64,000 bases of DNA from an uncultured Bacteroidia bacterium (GTDB taxonomy: Bacteria; Bacteroidota; Bacteroidia; J057), in the NCBI GenBank assembly GCA_964521065.1, contig CAZFPQ010000002.1, positions 21,909-85,908 of the forward strand, given 5' to 3'. Under the pieces are notes generated by a model. It saw nothing but the letters and a program-made list of their open reading frames with translations, had not been told where the DNA came from and ran no database searches. Position numbers and translations under genes: made by a program. Positions within the stretch are counted from its first letter, which is position 1. Every line of letters starts with the position of its first letter. Shown here piece after piece: positions 48,150-57,509 of the stretch.

Positions 48150-49453
48150 TGAAAGTAAGGGGCATCTTCGATATCGGAAAAACCAACAAAAAGTTCTTTC
48201 TCTTCGATGAGAGCTTGAAGGAGGTATACAGGGATTATACCCGTTTTGAGGAAACTCAAGACGATGAAGGTTTTCCTTGCGACGATGTTGTAGCCATCAA
48301 GAGCTGGATTGGTGAGATCTTCCGGCAAGTCTCACAAGAAGGTCAATTCGAAATCGTATCCCTCAATTTCTCTGCTTATGGAGCCAGCTTTGTCCACCTA
48401 GACAAAGAAGGGAAGGTAATTGCCCCCTTGTATAACTATCTAAAGCCTTACCCAAAAGATCTTTTGGATTCTTTTCATCACAAGTATGGAGAGGAATTGA
48501 ATCTGGCCACTGAGACGGCATCTCCCCCCCTAGGAATGCTCAACTCTGGGCTTCAGCTATATTGGCTCAAGCATACACATCCCGAGAAATTCAAGAAAAT
48601 CAGATGGTCTCTTCACCTTCCTCAGTATTTGAGCTACCTATTTACCGGTATTCCACTCAGTGAATATACCAGTGTTGGTTGTCACACCATGCTTTGGGAT
48701 TACGAAAAAGGTGATTATCACCGCTGGGTTTACGCGGAGGGGATTGACCACATATTGCCCCCTTTGGTAGAGACGGGACACAAGATTCATCATAAAACAG
48801 AAAAAACAGAGCTCAGCATTGGTGTTGGAATCCATGACAGTTCGGCTGCCTTGCTACCCTACCAAAAACTGAGTAATGACCCCTTTCTGCTTTTGTCTAC
48901 TGGAACTTGGAGCATCAGTCTCAACCCTTTCAACAACGAAGCCTTAACCCAAGATCAACTCCAAAAAGATTGCCTAAACTTCATGGGGATAAAAGGCAAT
49001 ACGGTGAGGGCATCACGACTTTTTCTTGGGAATGAATATAAAATATGGGCCCGACAGTTGGCAGATCACTTTCATCAACCCTATGAAAAGCATTCCTCGG
49101 TACCCATTGACCACCAGATCTTAGAATCCTTAGGTCGCTTCCCTGCCAACACCTTTCACTGGGAGAGCCTGTCCAAGACAGCCTGCCGCTGTTCCGAAAC
49201 AAACTTGAATCAGTTCGAATCTTATGAGACTGCCTATCACAAATTGATGCAGGAATTGGTCAATCTCCAGGTGGAAATCTTGCTCCTGGCCAAAGGGAAA
49301 AGTCCTATCCAAAAGATTTTTATCGATGGCGGATTTGCCGACAATCAGCTATTCATCCACCTGCTGAAACAACGATTAACTGGCTTTGACATTCAGGCTA
49401 CGAAAACCCCACTTGGCTCTGCCAAAGGGGCAGCCATGGTTTTGAATAACTAA
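48149..49453 (+). CDS. rhaB: FGGY-family carbohydrate kinase, probable rhamnulokinase
   Basis: FGGY-like N-terminus (GIFDIGKTNKKFFLFD), a central sugar-binding region, and the C-terminal IFIDGGFADNQLF. The start overlaps the rhaI stop (TAATG at 48147-48151), suggesting translational coupling. Substrate is inferred from context. Confidence 0.65.
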   Translation: MKVRGIFDIGKTNKKFFLFDESLKEVYRDYTRFEETQDDEGFPCDDVVAIKSWIGEIFRQVSQEGQFEIVSLNFSAYGASFVHLDKEGKVIAPLYNYLKPYPKDLLDSFHHKYGEELNLATETASPPLGMLNSGLQLYWLKHTHPEKFKKIRWSLHLPQYLSYLFTGIPLSEYTSVGCHTMLWDYEKGDYHRWVYAEGIDHILPPLVETGHKIHHKTEKTELSIGVGIHDSSAALLPYQKLSNDPFLLLSTGTWSISLNPFNNEALTQDQLQKDCLNFMGIKGNTVRASRLFLGNEYKIWARQLADHFHQPYEKHSSVPIDHQILESLGRFPANTFHWESLSKTACRCSETNLNQFESYETAYHKLMQELVNLQVEILLLAKGKSPIQKIFIDGGFADNQLFIHLLKQRLTGFDIQATKTPLGSAKGAAMVLNN

Positions 49454-49473
49454 CCCTTGAATACCCTAATTCG

Positions 49474-50679
49474 ATGAGTACCCCCTTCGATCCGAGATAT
49501 CCTGACATTTCATACCTAAGAGACCGGGCAAAACGCCGGATACCCCGCTTTGCTTTCGAGTATCTGGACGGAGGGTGTAATGCTGAGGTAAATCTCCATA
49601 GAAATACAGCTGAAATAAGGGAGGTACAACTAAGGCCTTACTACCTGCGAGAGCAAAATGAAATTTCCTTGCAAACTACCCTTTTTGGACATACTTATGA
49701 CGCTCCTTTTGGCATTGCCCCCATTGGTTTACAAGGGTTGATGTGGCCCAAGGCTTCAGAAATTTTAGCCAAGGCAGCTTTCGAACACAACATCCCCTAT
49801 ATCCTAAGCACTGTCGGTACCGCAAGCATAGAAACGATAGCCAAAATCACGGAAGGGAATGCTTGGTTTCAATTGTATCACCCCGCGGAAGCAGTCATCC
49901 GAAATGATTTACTTAATCGGGCCCAGGCTGCAGGTTATCCCGTCTTGGTGATCCTAGCAGATGTCCCCAGCTTTGGGTATCGCTCCAAAGAAATCAAGAA
50001 CGGATTGGCCATTCCGCCCCGAATGACCGCGCGGAACATCGCCCAGATCATGAGTCACCCAAACTGGGCTTTACAGACGCTATTTGCCGGGCAACCTACC
50101 TTCAAAACCTTAGCTCCCTACATTCCTAAAGGAATGAGTTTGCGCCACCTAGGCTTGTTCATGAACAAAACTTTCTCTGGTAAGCTCAACGAAGAACGGG
50201 TCCGTCAGATTAGGGACCTCTGGAAAGGCAAACTAGTACTTAAGGGTGTCGCCAGTGAAGAAGATGCAGATAAAGCGGTTAGCTGGGGGGTCGATGGGCT
50301 GATCTTGTCCAACCATGGCGGGCGCCAGCTAGACGCAGGCCCCTCTGCCATCAGCACGGTAGGTCCTATAGCCGATGCCTACAAGGATAAAGTCACCATC
50401 ATGATGGACAGTGGGATCCGTACGGGCCCCGATATTGCTGCCACCCTTGCGAGCGGCGCTGATTTTACTTTCTTAGGCCGCTCTTTCATGTATGGGGTAG
50501 CGGCTTTAGGAAAAAAAGGAGGCACCCACACCATCTCCCTACTTACCAGACAGCTTCAACAAGTGATGCAGCAATTAGGCTGTGAAAAGGTGTCTCACCT
50601 TCCTCAATTCTTGATTCCCAAAAACTACTACTTAAATGCAAGCCGAAGCCACGCAAATATCGCAGACCGAAGAATTTGA
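49474..50679 (+). CDS. lldD: FMN-dependent alpha-hydroxy-acid dehydrogenase (L-lactate dehydrogenase/oxidase family)
   Basis: Family blocks are IPRFAFEYLDGG, PFGIAPIGLQGL, WFQLY, LVLKGV, DGLILSNHGGRQLD and DSGIRTGPDIA. The context fits oxidation of the L-lactate produced by RhaEW. Confidence 0.8.
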   Translation: MSTPFDPRYPDISYLRDRAKRRIPRFAFEYLDGGCNAEVNLHRNTAEIREVQLRPYYLREQNEISLQTTLFGHTYDAPFGIAPIGLQGLMWPKASEILAKAAFEHNIPYILSTVGTASIETIAKITEGNAWFQLYHPAEAVIRNDLLNRAQAAGYPVLVILADVPSFGYRSKEIKNGLAIPPRMTARNIAQIMSHPNWALQTLFAGQPTFKTLAPYIPKGMSLRHLGLFMNKTFSGKLNEERVRQIRDLWKGKLVLKGVASEEDADKAVSWGVDGLILSNHGGRQLDAGPSAISTVGPIADAYKDKVTIMMDSGIRTGPDIAATLASGADFTFLGRSFMYGVAALGKKGGTHTISLLTRQLQQVMQQLGCEKVSHLPQFLIPKNYYLNASRSHANIADRRI

Positions 50680-52027
50680 ACGCCAGAAGGTTCCGGCGAG
50701 CCACCTCAAGGATTGGAAAAGCTTCCTGGGGATGTATGCCGGAGAACATGCTGCAGGGACAGAATTCCTTATCGGTCCCCTCTTCTTAACGACTGGGGTA
50801 AGTGCTTTTGACCTGATCTTTGGCCTCCTGATCGGCAACTTCCTCGCCGTACTTAGTTGGCGCTACCTCACTGCTGAGATTGCCGTCAAAAATCGCCTAA
50901 CCTTATACTATCAATTAGAGAAGATCTGTGGCAGGAAGTTGGTGACCGCCTATAACCTAGCCAATGGGATCTTGTTCTGCTTCCTAGCCGGAGCCATGAT
51001 CACCGTTTCCGCTACCGCCGTGGGAGTCCCCTTTGACATGGAGATGCCTAAACTCACCGATACCACCCCTAACGGGCCTACTTGGGTAATCATCGTACTA
51101 ATCATTGGCGCAGTGATATCAGTCATTGCGGCCAAGGGATATGCCACCGTCTCTAAAGTAGCCAACTGGATGGCTCCATTCATCGTCCTGGCTTTTATTG
51201 CCTGTGGAATTGTAGCCCTGGGACAGTTGGAAGTAAATAGCTTTGCCGACTTCTGGGCGATTTGGGGAGAAGGGAACGAACCGTTTCCTGGGCAGGTCAA
51301 ATATACCTTTTGGCACGTAGTCCTATGGTCTTGGTTCTGCAACGCCGCTATGCACATAGGCATGTCGGACCTTTCGGTTTTCCGGTACGCCCAAAACCCC
51401 AAAGTGGGTTGGACCACCGCCGCAGGGATCTACATAGGCCATTACATTGCCTGGATTGCGGCCGCGCTACTGTATGCTGTATACCTAAAAACCGGAGAAG
51501 CCCAAGCCTTTTTAAGCAATGGGGAAGCCCCTCCGGTAGCACCTGGCCCCTTGGCTTACAACGCTATCGGTGTCTTCGGTATCATCGCCGTGATTCTTGC
51601 CGGGTGGACCACCGCCAATCCGACCATATACCGAGCTGGTCTGGCCTTTCAGGCTATCTCACCTGGGACCTCTACCTTTTGGGTAACCATCTTCGCTGGG
51701 GCAATCGCCACCATCGCAGGACTATTTCCCGCCTTTGCCATGAAACTCCTCGACTTTGTGGCAGTATATGGCTTCATCTTAGCGCCTGTAGGAGCAATCA
51801 TCGTATTCGAACACTTTTTTGCAGAAAAACTAGGAATACCTAAAAATTATGCGGAGCAGGCTGGGATCTCATTTAACACTTCTGTTTTCCTAGCCTGGGC
51901 GATCAGCTTTGGTGGCTTTTACCTGCTTTCGGTCTCTCAGGGAGTGTTTTTGTCCTTTCTCACCCTCCCCGCCTGGGTTCTATGTGGGGTGCTTTTCTTG
52001 ATCTTTAGCAAAAGGAAATTGTCCTAG
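50636..52027 (+). CDS. Polytopic inner-membrane permease, NCS1/CodB-like (substrate unknown)
   Basis: About 12 hydrophobic segments. The N-terminus QKVPASHLKDWKSFLGMYAGEHAAGTEFLIGPLF resembles the cytoplasmic lead-in plus TM1 of purine-cytosine-permease-like proteins. The ATG at 50636 overlaps lldD by 44 nt; an alternative ATG at 50732 (MYAGEH) would remove the overlap. Confidence 0.45.
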   Translation: MQAEATQISQTEEFERQKVPASHLKDWKSFLGMYAGEHAAGTEFLIGPLFLTTGVSAFDLIFGLLIGNFLAVLSWRYLTAEIAVKNRLTLYYQLEKICGRKLVTAYNLANGILFCFLAGAMITVSATAVGVPFDMEMPKLTDTTPNGPTWVIIVLIIGAVISVIAAKGYATVSKVANWMAPFIVLAFIACGIVALGQLEVNSFADFWAIWGEGNEPFPGQVKYTFWHVVLWSWFCNAAMHIGMSDLSVFRYAQNPKVGWTTAAGIYIGHYIAWIAAALLYAVYLKTGEAQAFLSNGEAPPVAPGPLAYNAIGVFGIIAVILAGWTTANPTIYRAGLAFQAISPGTSTFWVTIFAGAIATIAGLFPAFAMKLLDFVAVYGFILAPVGAIIVFEHFFAEKLGIPKNYAEQAGISFNTSVFLAWAISFGGFYLLSVSQGVFLSFLTLPAWVLCGVLFLIFSKRKLS

Positions 52028-52069
52028 GCGTCCAAAGAAACTTTAACCCTTATTCGACCCCCGAAATCT

Positions 52070-55000
52070 ATGCCCATGACTGCCTACAAATGGATTGTAC
52101 TGGCCATTGCTTTTCTAAGCTATGTCTTGCCACGGATAGCCCAAGCCCAGCAACCCAACATCATTTTTATCCTTACGGATGATCAGCGATTTGACGCCTT
52201 GGGCTATGCTGGCAATGAGCTGATTCATACTCCAGAAATGGACAAACTGGCCCAAACAGGGACCTACTTCAAGCAGGCCATGGCATCTACACCGATTTGC
52301 GCCGCCAGCCGGGCAAGTATTTTAAGTGGTCGGTATGAGCGGACCCACCGTTTTACCTTCCAAACTGGAAATGTGCGCCAAGAATACATGGACCAAGCCT
52401 ATCCCAAGTTATTACGGGATGCGGGGTACGTCACGGGTTTTTATGGCAAATATGGCATTCGCTATGACGGAGAAGACAAGCTATTTGACCAATACGAGAC
52501 CTATGATCGAAACAATGCATTCAAGGATAGGCGGGGTTATTATTATAAGAAGCTAGGAGAGGATACGGTTCACCTAACTCGATACACGGGACAAAAAGCC
52601 ATCGACTTTATCGATCAAGCGGATGACGGGAAGCCCTTTTGTCTCTCACTGAGCTTCAGTGCTCCACACGCCCATGACCCAGCCAAGGATCAATATTTCT
52701 GGCAGACAGAAACAGATCCTTTGCTACAAGGAACCACCATGCCAGGCCCAGACTTGGCAGAAGACAAATACTTTGAGGCCCAGCCTGATTTCGTTCGGGC
52801 AGGCTTTAACCGCCTAAGATGGACCTGGCGCTATGACACCCCAGAGAAGTATCAACACAGTGTAAAAGGTTATTATCGGATGATCTCAGGCGTTGACTTA
52901 GAAATAGGGAAGATCCGTGAAAAGCTAGCCGAAAAAGGCCTGGACAAAAACACTGTCATCATCCTTATGGGAGATAATGGATACTTTTTGGGGGAGAGAC
53001 AGTTTGCGGGCAAATGGCTTTTGTATGACAATTCTATCAGGGTACCCTTGATCATATTTGACCCCAGAACTGAGCATCAAGATATCGATGTGCAAGTACA
53101 GAATGTTGATGTTCCTTCTACCATACTTGACCTAGCCGGTATCGAAGCACCGTCATCTTGGCAGGGCATGAGCCTTTTGCCTTTGGTCCAAAAAGAAAAA
53201 AGCAGCCTGGGGCGGGATACCGTTCTGATCGAGCATATCTGGGAATTTCAGCACATCCCGCCAAGTGAAGGCGTGAGAACCCAGGAGTGGAAGTACTTTC
53301 GCTATGTCAATGACAAGTCCGTCGAGGAGCTTTACCATTTGGTAAAAGATCCCAAAGAGATTAATAATCTGGCGAGTGATCCTGCTTATAGAGAGGTATT
53401 GGAGAAAATGAGAAAAAGCTGTGATGGGCTGATCCTCAAAAACAGCGACCCTTATTCTTTGCCTCCTGGCAATCTGAGTCTTGAATTTATCCGCGAGCCT
53501 TCTTTGGTTTTGCTGCAGGACTCTAAACCAGAATTTTCATGGACGCTAGCCAAAGAGTCCGTCTTTCAAAGTGCCTATCAAATACTGGTGGCATCCTCTC
53601 AAGCCAAGATCGATAACAACATAGGTGATGTGTGGGATAGTGGTCAGGTAAGAGGAGGCAAGTCCACGGATATTGAATATCAAGGCGCCCCATTATCATC
53701 TGGCCAGGCATACTATTGGAAGGTTAGAATTTGGGATGAAGCAAACCGCCTGTCTCAGTATGCAGCCAGTCAAACCTTCCAAATCGGGGAAGCCAAAACC
53801 TTATTAACCACGCCCAACACCATCCAAATTGACCGGATCAAGCCCAGTTTCTTCGAAAAGCGAGGTAAAGGCTCCTACTTCATTGACTTTGGTAAGGCAG
53901 CTTTTGCCAACATGGAAATTTCTTACGAAGCCAAGCGCCCCCATGTCCTGCTGATAAGAATTGGAGAGCAATTAGAAGGAGAGAACCTCAATCGCCATCC
54001 CGAGGGGAATATTCGTTACCAAGAAATACGCCTACCAGTCAAGCGGGGGCAACATACCTACCAGTTGCCTATTCAAGCTGATGAACGCAATACCAAGTCT
54101 ATCGCTGTTCAGTTACCCGACTCATTTCCGGTCCTGTTACCATTTCGGTATGCAGAAATTGATCAAGTAAAAGGAGAACTGAAGCAAGAGGAAATAACCC
54201 AGTTGGCTTACCATAGCTATTGGGAGGATGACCAAAGCAGTTTTTCCAGCTCAAACGACATCCTTAATCAGGTATGGGACCTATGCCGCTACTCCATCAA
54301 AGCCACTACTTTTGCTGGTTATTACGTAGACGGAGACCGAGAGCGCATCCCTTACGAAGCCGATGCTTACCTGAATCAGCTCAGCCATTATAGCGTTGAT
54401 CGGGAATATGCCATAGGTCGCAAGACCATTGAATACTTTTTTGAAAGTAAGCCCACCTGGCCCACTGAATGGCAACTACATGTAGCCATGATGATGTATC
54501 AAGACTACATGTACACGGGAAATGCTGAAATGATTGAAAAATATTATGAGCGATTAAAGGTCAAAACCCTGATGGATCTAGAGGTGGAAGATGGCTTTAT
54601 CAGCACGGAATCCCCTCACCACAATGGCCAGTTTTTGCTTGATCTGGGCTTTCCTGATTCGACTAAGAAGCTAAGAGATATTGTGGACTGGCCACCAGAA
54701 GCAAAACGATTTGGAGGAGTGGACAAGTACCAAAAGGGGGAGCGTGATGGCTACGTGTTCAAACGGATAAATACCGTAGTAAATGGATTTTACTACCACA
54801 ATATGAAGATCATGGCCACCTTTGCCCAGATCCTCGATAAGCCAAGCGAAGCCCTCGACTTTGAACTACGAGCCGCTAAGGTCAAAAAGTCCATCAATGA
54901 ACTGCTGTTTGATGAGGAAGCGGGATACTACGTTGACGGAATAGGAACCGACCATGGATCTCTGCATGCCAACATGATCTTAATGGCCTTTGACCTTGTT

Positions 55001-55588
55001 CCTGAGAAGAGAAAAGCCACTGTGGTTGAGCACATAAAGTCTCGCGGACTGGCTTGCAGTGTGTACGGTGCCCAATATTTATTAGAAGCCCTATACAAAG
55101 CAGGAGAAGCCAAATATGCTGAAGAGCTCATGACTGCTACCCATGACCGGAGTTGGTACAACATGATCAAGGTGGGATCTACCATTACCCTTGAAGCCTG
55201 GGACATGAAGTATAAAGTCAATGCTGATTGGAATCATGCTTGGGGGGCAGCTCCTGCCAACATAATCCCTAGATTTCTCTGGGGCATTCAGCCCAAGACT
55301 CCTGGTTATGGAATCGCCAGCATCAAGCCCCAAATGGGGACCTTGACTCGCAGTTCTATCAAGGTTCCCACGATCAAGGGGCCCATTTTGGGATCATACC
55401 GATACATCAATGCCAGGCGGCAGACCTTCACCATAGATATCCCTGCCAACATGGTCGCTGAATTTGAACTTCCTTCAGCTTCAGGTCAGGTGATCAAACT
55501 TAATGGGGAAAAAGTCAATTCAGCCTTTGGGACTATTCGCCTGACACCTGGCCAGAATAAAATCGAGTTGGTGGTAAACTCTTTTTAA
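52070..55588 (+). CDS. Fusion protein: N-terminal S1 sulfatase plus C-terminal GH78-like alpha-L-rhamnosidase module
   Basis: A signal peptide is present. The sulfatase half (to about 53450) has [14 protein letters not shown], the signature [27 protein letters not shown] and [16 protein letters not shown]. The GH78 half has PEFSWTL...[11 protein letters not shown]...[10 protein letters not shown] and the (alpha/alpha)6 block [20 protein letters not shown]. It is one uninterrupted 1172-codon ORF. Confidence 0.8.
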   Translation: MPMTAYKWIVLAIAFLSYVLPRIAQAQQPNIIFILTDDQRFDALGYAGNELIHTPEMDKLAQTGTYFKQAMASTPICAASRASILSGRYERTHRFTFQTGNVRQEYMDQAYPKLLRDAGYVTGFYGKYGIRYDGEDKLFDQYETYDRNNAFKDRRGYYYKKLGEDTVHLTRYTGQKAIDFIDQADDGKPFCLSLSFSAPHAHDPAKDQYFWQTETDPLLQGTTMPGPDLAEDKYFEAQPDFVRAGFNRLRWTWRYDTPEKYQHSVKGYYRMISGVDLEIGKIREKLAEKGLDKNTVIILMGDNGYFLGERQFAGKWLLYDNSIRVPLIIFDPRTEHQDIDVQVQNVDVPSTILDLAGIEAPSSWQGMSLLPLVQKEKSSLGRDTVLIEHIWEFQHIPPSEGVRTQEWKYFRYVNDKSVEELYHLVKDPKEINNLASDPAYREVLEKMRKSCDGLILKNSDPYSLPPGNLSLEFIREPSLVLLQDSKPEFSWTLAKESVFQSAYQILVASSQAKIDNNIGDVWDSGQVRGGKSTDIEYQGAPLSSGQAYYWKVRIWDEANRLSQYAASQTFQIGEAKTLLTTPNTIQIDRIKPSFFEKRGKGSYFIDFGKAAFANMEISYEAKRPHVLLIRIGEQLEGENLNRHPEGNIRYQEIRLPVKRGQHTYQLPIQADERNTKSIAVQLPDSFPVLLPFRYAEIDQVKGELKQEEITQLAYHSYWEDDQSSFSSSNDILNQVWDLCRYSIKATTFAGYYVDGDRERIPYEADAYLNQLSHYSVDREYAIGRKTIEYFFESKPTWPTEWQLHVAMMMYQDYMYTGNAEMIEKYYERLKVKTLMDLEVEDGFISTESPHHNGQFLLDLGFPDSTKKLRDIVDWPPEAKRFGGVDKYQKGERDGYVFKRINTVVNGFYYHNMKIMATFAQILDKPSEALDFELRAAKVKKSINELLFDEEAGYYVDGIGTDHGSLHANMILMAFDLVPEKRKATVVEHIKSRGLACSVYGAQYLLEALYKAGEAKYAEELMTATHDRSWYNMIKVGSTITLEAWDMKYKVNADWNHAWGAAPANIIPRFLWGIQPKTPGYGIASIKPQMGTLTRSSIKVPTIKGPILGSYRYINARRQTFTIDIPANMVAEFELPSASGQVIKLNGEKVNSAFGTIRLTPGQNKIELVVNSF

Positions 55589-55626
55589 TCCTTTGCATGA
55601 TTGCTCTAGGTTTCGAAATCAAATAA

Positions 55627-56217
55627 ATGGGACAAATGCGGACGCAAAATAAAGCTCGGTATCCTCAGCCAGACGGCCCCATAAGCCTTCGTGTTATTTC
55701 TGATCATGAATCCATGTTCAAGAAATACTACCCGGGTTTGTGCGCATTCGCCTGTCGCATTTTGAAAGACCCCAATGTTGCAGAGGATATCGTTCAGGAA
55801 GTGTTTATGAAATTCTGGCGTGACCGACATATGTTAATCATTTCGGAGTCCACCCAGGCCTATCTCTATTTGGCCACCAAAAACCTCTCCATTAACTACC
55901 TCAAAAAGCAACGTCGCCGTTCTGAGCTAATGAATATTTACCTCGAGGATCTAGGTCAGATCACCTATAATCAGGATTCCTACGTCAATCTTCAAGATTT
56001 AAATGGGAGTATAGAAAAGGCCATAGAGCTCTTGCCCCCTAAATGTCGCCAAGTTTTTGAGCTCAGCCGAAACCATTATAAAAGCCATGTGGAGATAGCA
56101 GAGCAATTAAAAATCTCCCCAAAAACAGTCGCCAATCAAATTGGAAAGGCCTTAAAGATCCTGAGGAAAAATTTATCGGGTTTTTTGATGCTATTTGGCT
56201 TGATCTGCATTTTATAA
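55627..56217 (+). CDS. ECF-type RNA polymerase sigma-70 factor
   Basis: Region 2 is EDIVQEVFMKFWRDR. Region 4 HTH is LPPKCRQVFELSRNHYKSHVEIAEQLKISPKTVANQIGKALKILRKNL. A FecR-like gene follows immediately. Confidence 0.85.
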   Translation: MGQMRTQNKARYPQPDGPISLRVISDHESMFKKYYPGLCAFACRILKDPNVAEDIVQEVFMKFWRDRHMLIISESTQAYLYLATKNLSINYLKKQRRRSELMNIYLEDLGQITYNQDSYVNLQDLNGSIEKAIELLPPKCRQVFELSRNHYKSHVEIAEQLKISPKTVANQIGKALKILRKNLSGFLMLFGLICIL

Positions 56218-56303
56218 GCAAGCAAAAAAATGAAATAATTATCACCTGGCAATAGGTATTGCCCCTGCCTCGCCTGCTATACAATTATAAGCACCATAAC
56301 AGA

Positions 56304-57311
56304 ATGAATGACGAGTACATCTGGAGCCTGATTGCCAAATTTTGCGATGGCAGTATCAAGGAAAAAGAAGAGGGAGTACTGCTCGCCTGGATAGGTGCGG
56401 ATTCAGAAAATCGTAAGATCTTTAAAGAAGTGGTCCAGTTGATGGAAACTAAAAAGTCTACCCCTCAGGTAGATACCAAGCAAGCTTGGCAAAAGGTCAA
56501 AGGCAAACTGATAGAGGAGGAATTGATAAGAAATTCAGCAGAAAAAAACTTCCGTTTTTCTAACCCCTATGGCTTAGCCGCAGTATTTCTACTCCTAGCC
56601 ATGTTAGCAGGGGCTTCCTTTTTTATCCCTTGGCAAGGGGAAGGTAGTCAAAAGGTCATAAGCATCAGTCATCCCGGTGATGTAGATTCATTTTTGGTGC
56701 GACTACCTGATGGCAGCAGGGTCTGGCTAAATAAGACCGCCCAGCTAACTTATGAAAAATCATTTGGTCAAGATGAGCGGATGGTAGAGCTGCTTGGTGA
56801 AGGTTTTTTCGAAGTGGTAAAAGATTCTAAGAGGCCATTTGTAGTGGTTTCGCAAGGAGTTCGCACCATGGCCTTGGGTACGTCCTTTAATGTCCAAGCC
56901 TTTGCAGATCAGGACGAGGTGATTATATCCCTCGCCACCGGCAAGGTGCGTGTCAGTACACCCCTAAAATCCCAACCCGTTGTACTTGCCCCTGGGGAAG
57001 AAATAAAGGTCTCCCCGAGAGATGGCAGCCACCAAAAAAGAGTCTTTGAACCAGAAGAGCGATTAGCCTGGAAAGAAGGAATGATTTATTTCAAATCGGC
57101 TGATGTACAGCAGGTAGTGAAAACCTTGAGCCGGTGGTACGGCATCAGTTTTGAAATCAAGGACCGTGAGAAAATGAAAAGCCAACTCTCTGCTACCTAT
57201 AAGCAGGAGAGCCTGGAGGACATACTTGACATGATCAGCTTCTCTGCTGATTATGAATTTACAATCAATGGGAGTACGGTGACGGTGCACCCTAGCATTT
57301 CGGGACTATAA
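56304..57311 (+). CDS. FecR-family anti-sigma factor / transmembrane sensor
   Basis: The start is moved to the ATG at 56304 (MNDEYIWSLIAKF...). There is a single TM segment (GLAAVFLLLAMLAGASFFI). The FecR domain is VRLPDGSRVWLNKTAQLTYEK...VELLGEGFFEVVKDSKRPFVV...TSFNV. Confidence 0.85.
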   Translation: MNDEYIWSLIAKFCDGSIKEKEEGVLLAWIGADSENRKIFKEVVQLMETKKSTPQVDTKQAWQKVKGKLIEEELIRNSAEKNFRFSNPYGLAAVFLLLAMLAGASFFIPWQGEGSQKVISISHPGDVDSFLVRLPDGSRVWLNKTAQLTYEKSFGQDERMVELLGEGFFEVVKDSKRPFVVVSQGVRTMALGTSFNVQAFADQDEVIISLATGKVRVSTPLKSQPVVLAPGEEIKVSPRDGSHQKRVFEPEERLAWKEGMIYFKSADVQQVVKTLSRWYGISFEIKDREKMKSQLSATYKQESLEDILDMISFSADYEFTINGSTVTVHPSISGL

Positions 57312-57509
57312 ACCTTATGACTATGAACTACTACCAAGACTCTTACCACGACTCTAGCTGAGTGGCACTCTGGGTCAGTAATCAAGGATGACTGACCGCA
57401 TAAGTTAAATCATTTAGGGATTACAACTCACTTGGAATGTTCGGCCTGGGCAGTCCTAGGGTCCCTATATCCTTTACGAAGGCTTCCTTCTATTATTAAT
57501 AAAAACAAT

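Noticed and set aside
50950-51843. 155-aa minus-strand ORF (50950-51417) and 193-aa plus-strand out-of-frame ORF (51262-51843).
   Set aside because: Both lie within the permease gene. Their translations are Arg/Pro/Gly-rich low-complexity sequence, as expected from off-frame reading of a hydrophobic membrane protein gene.
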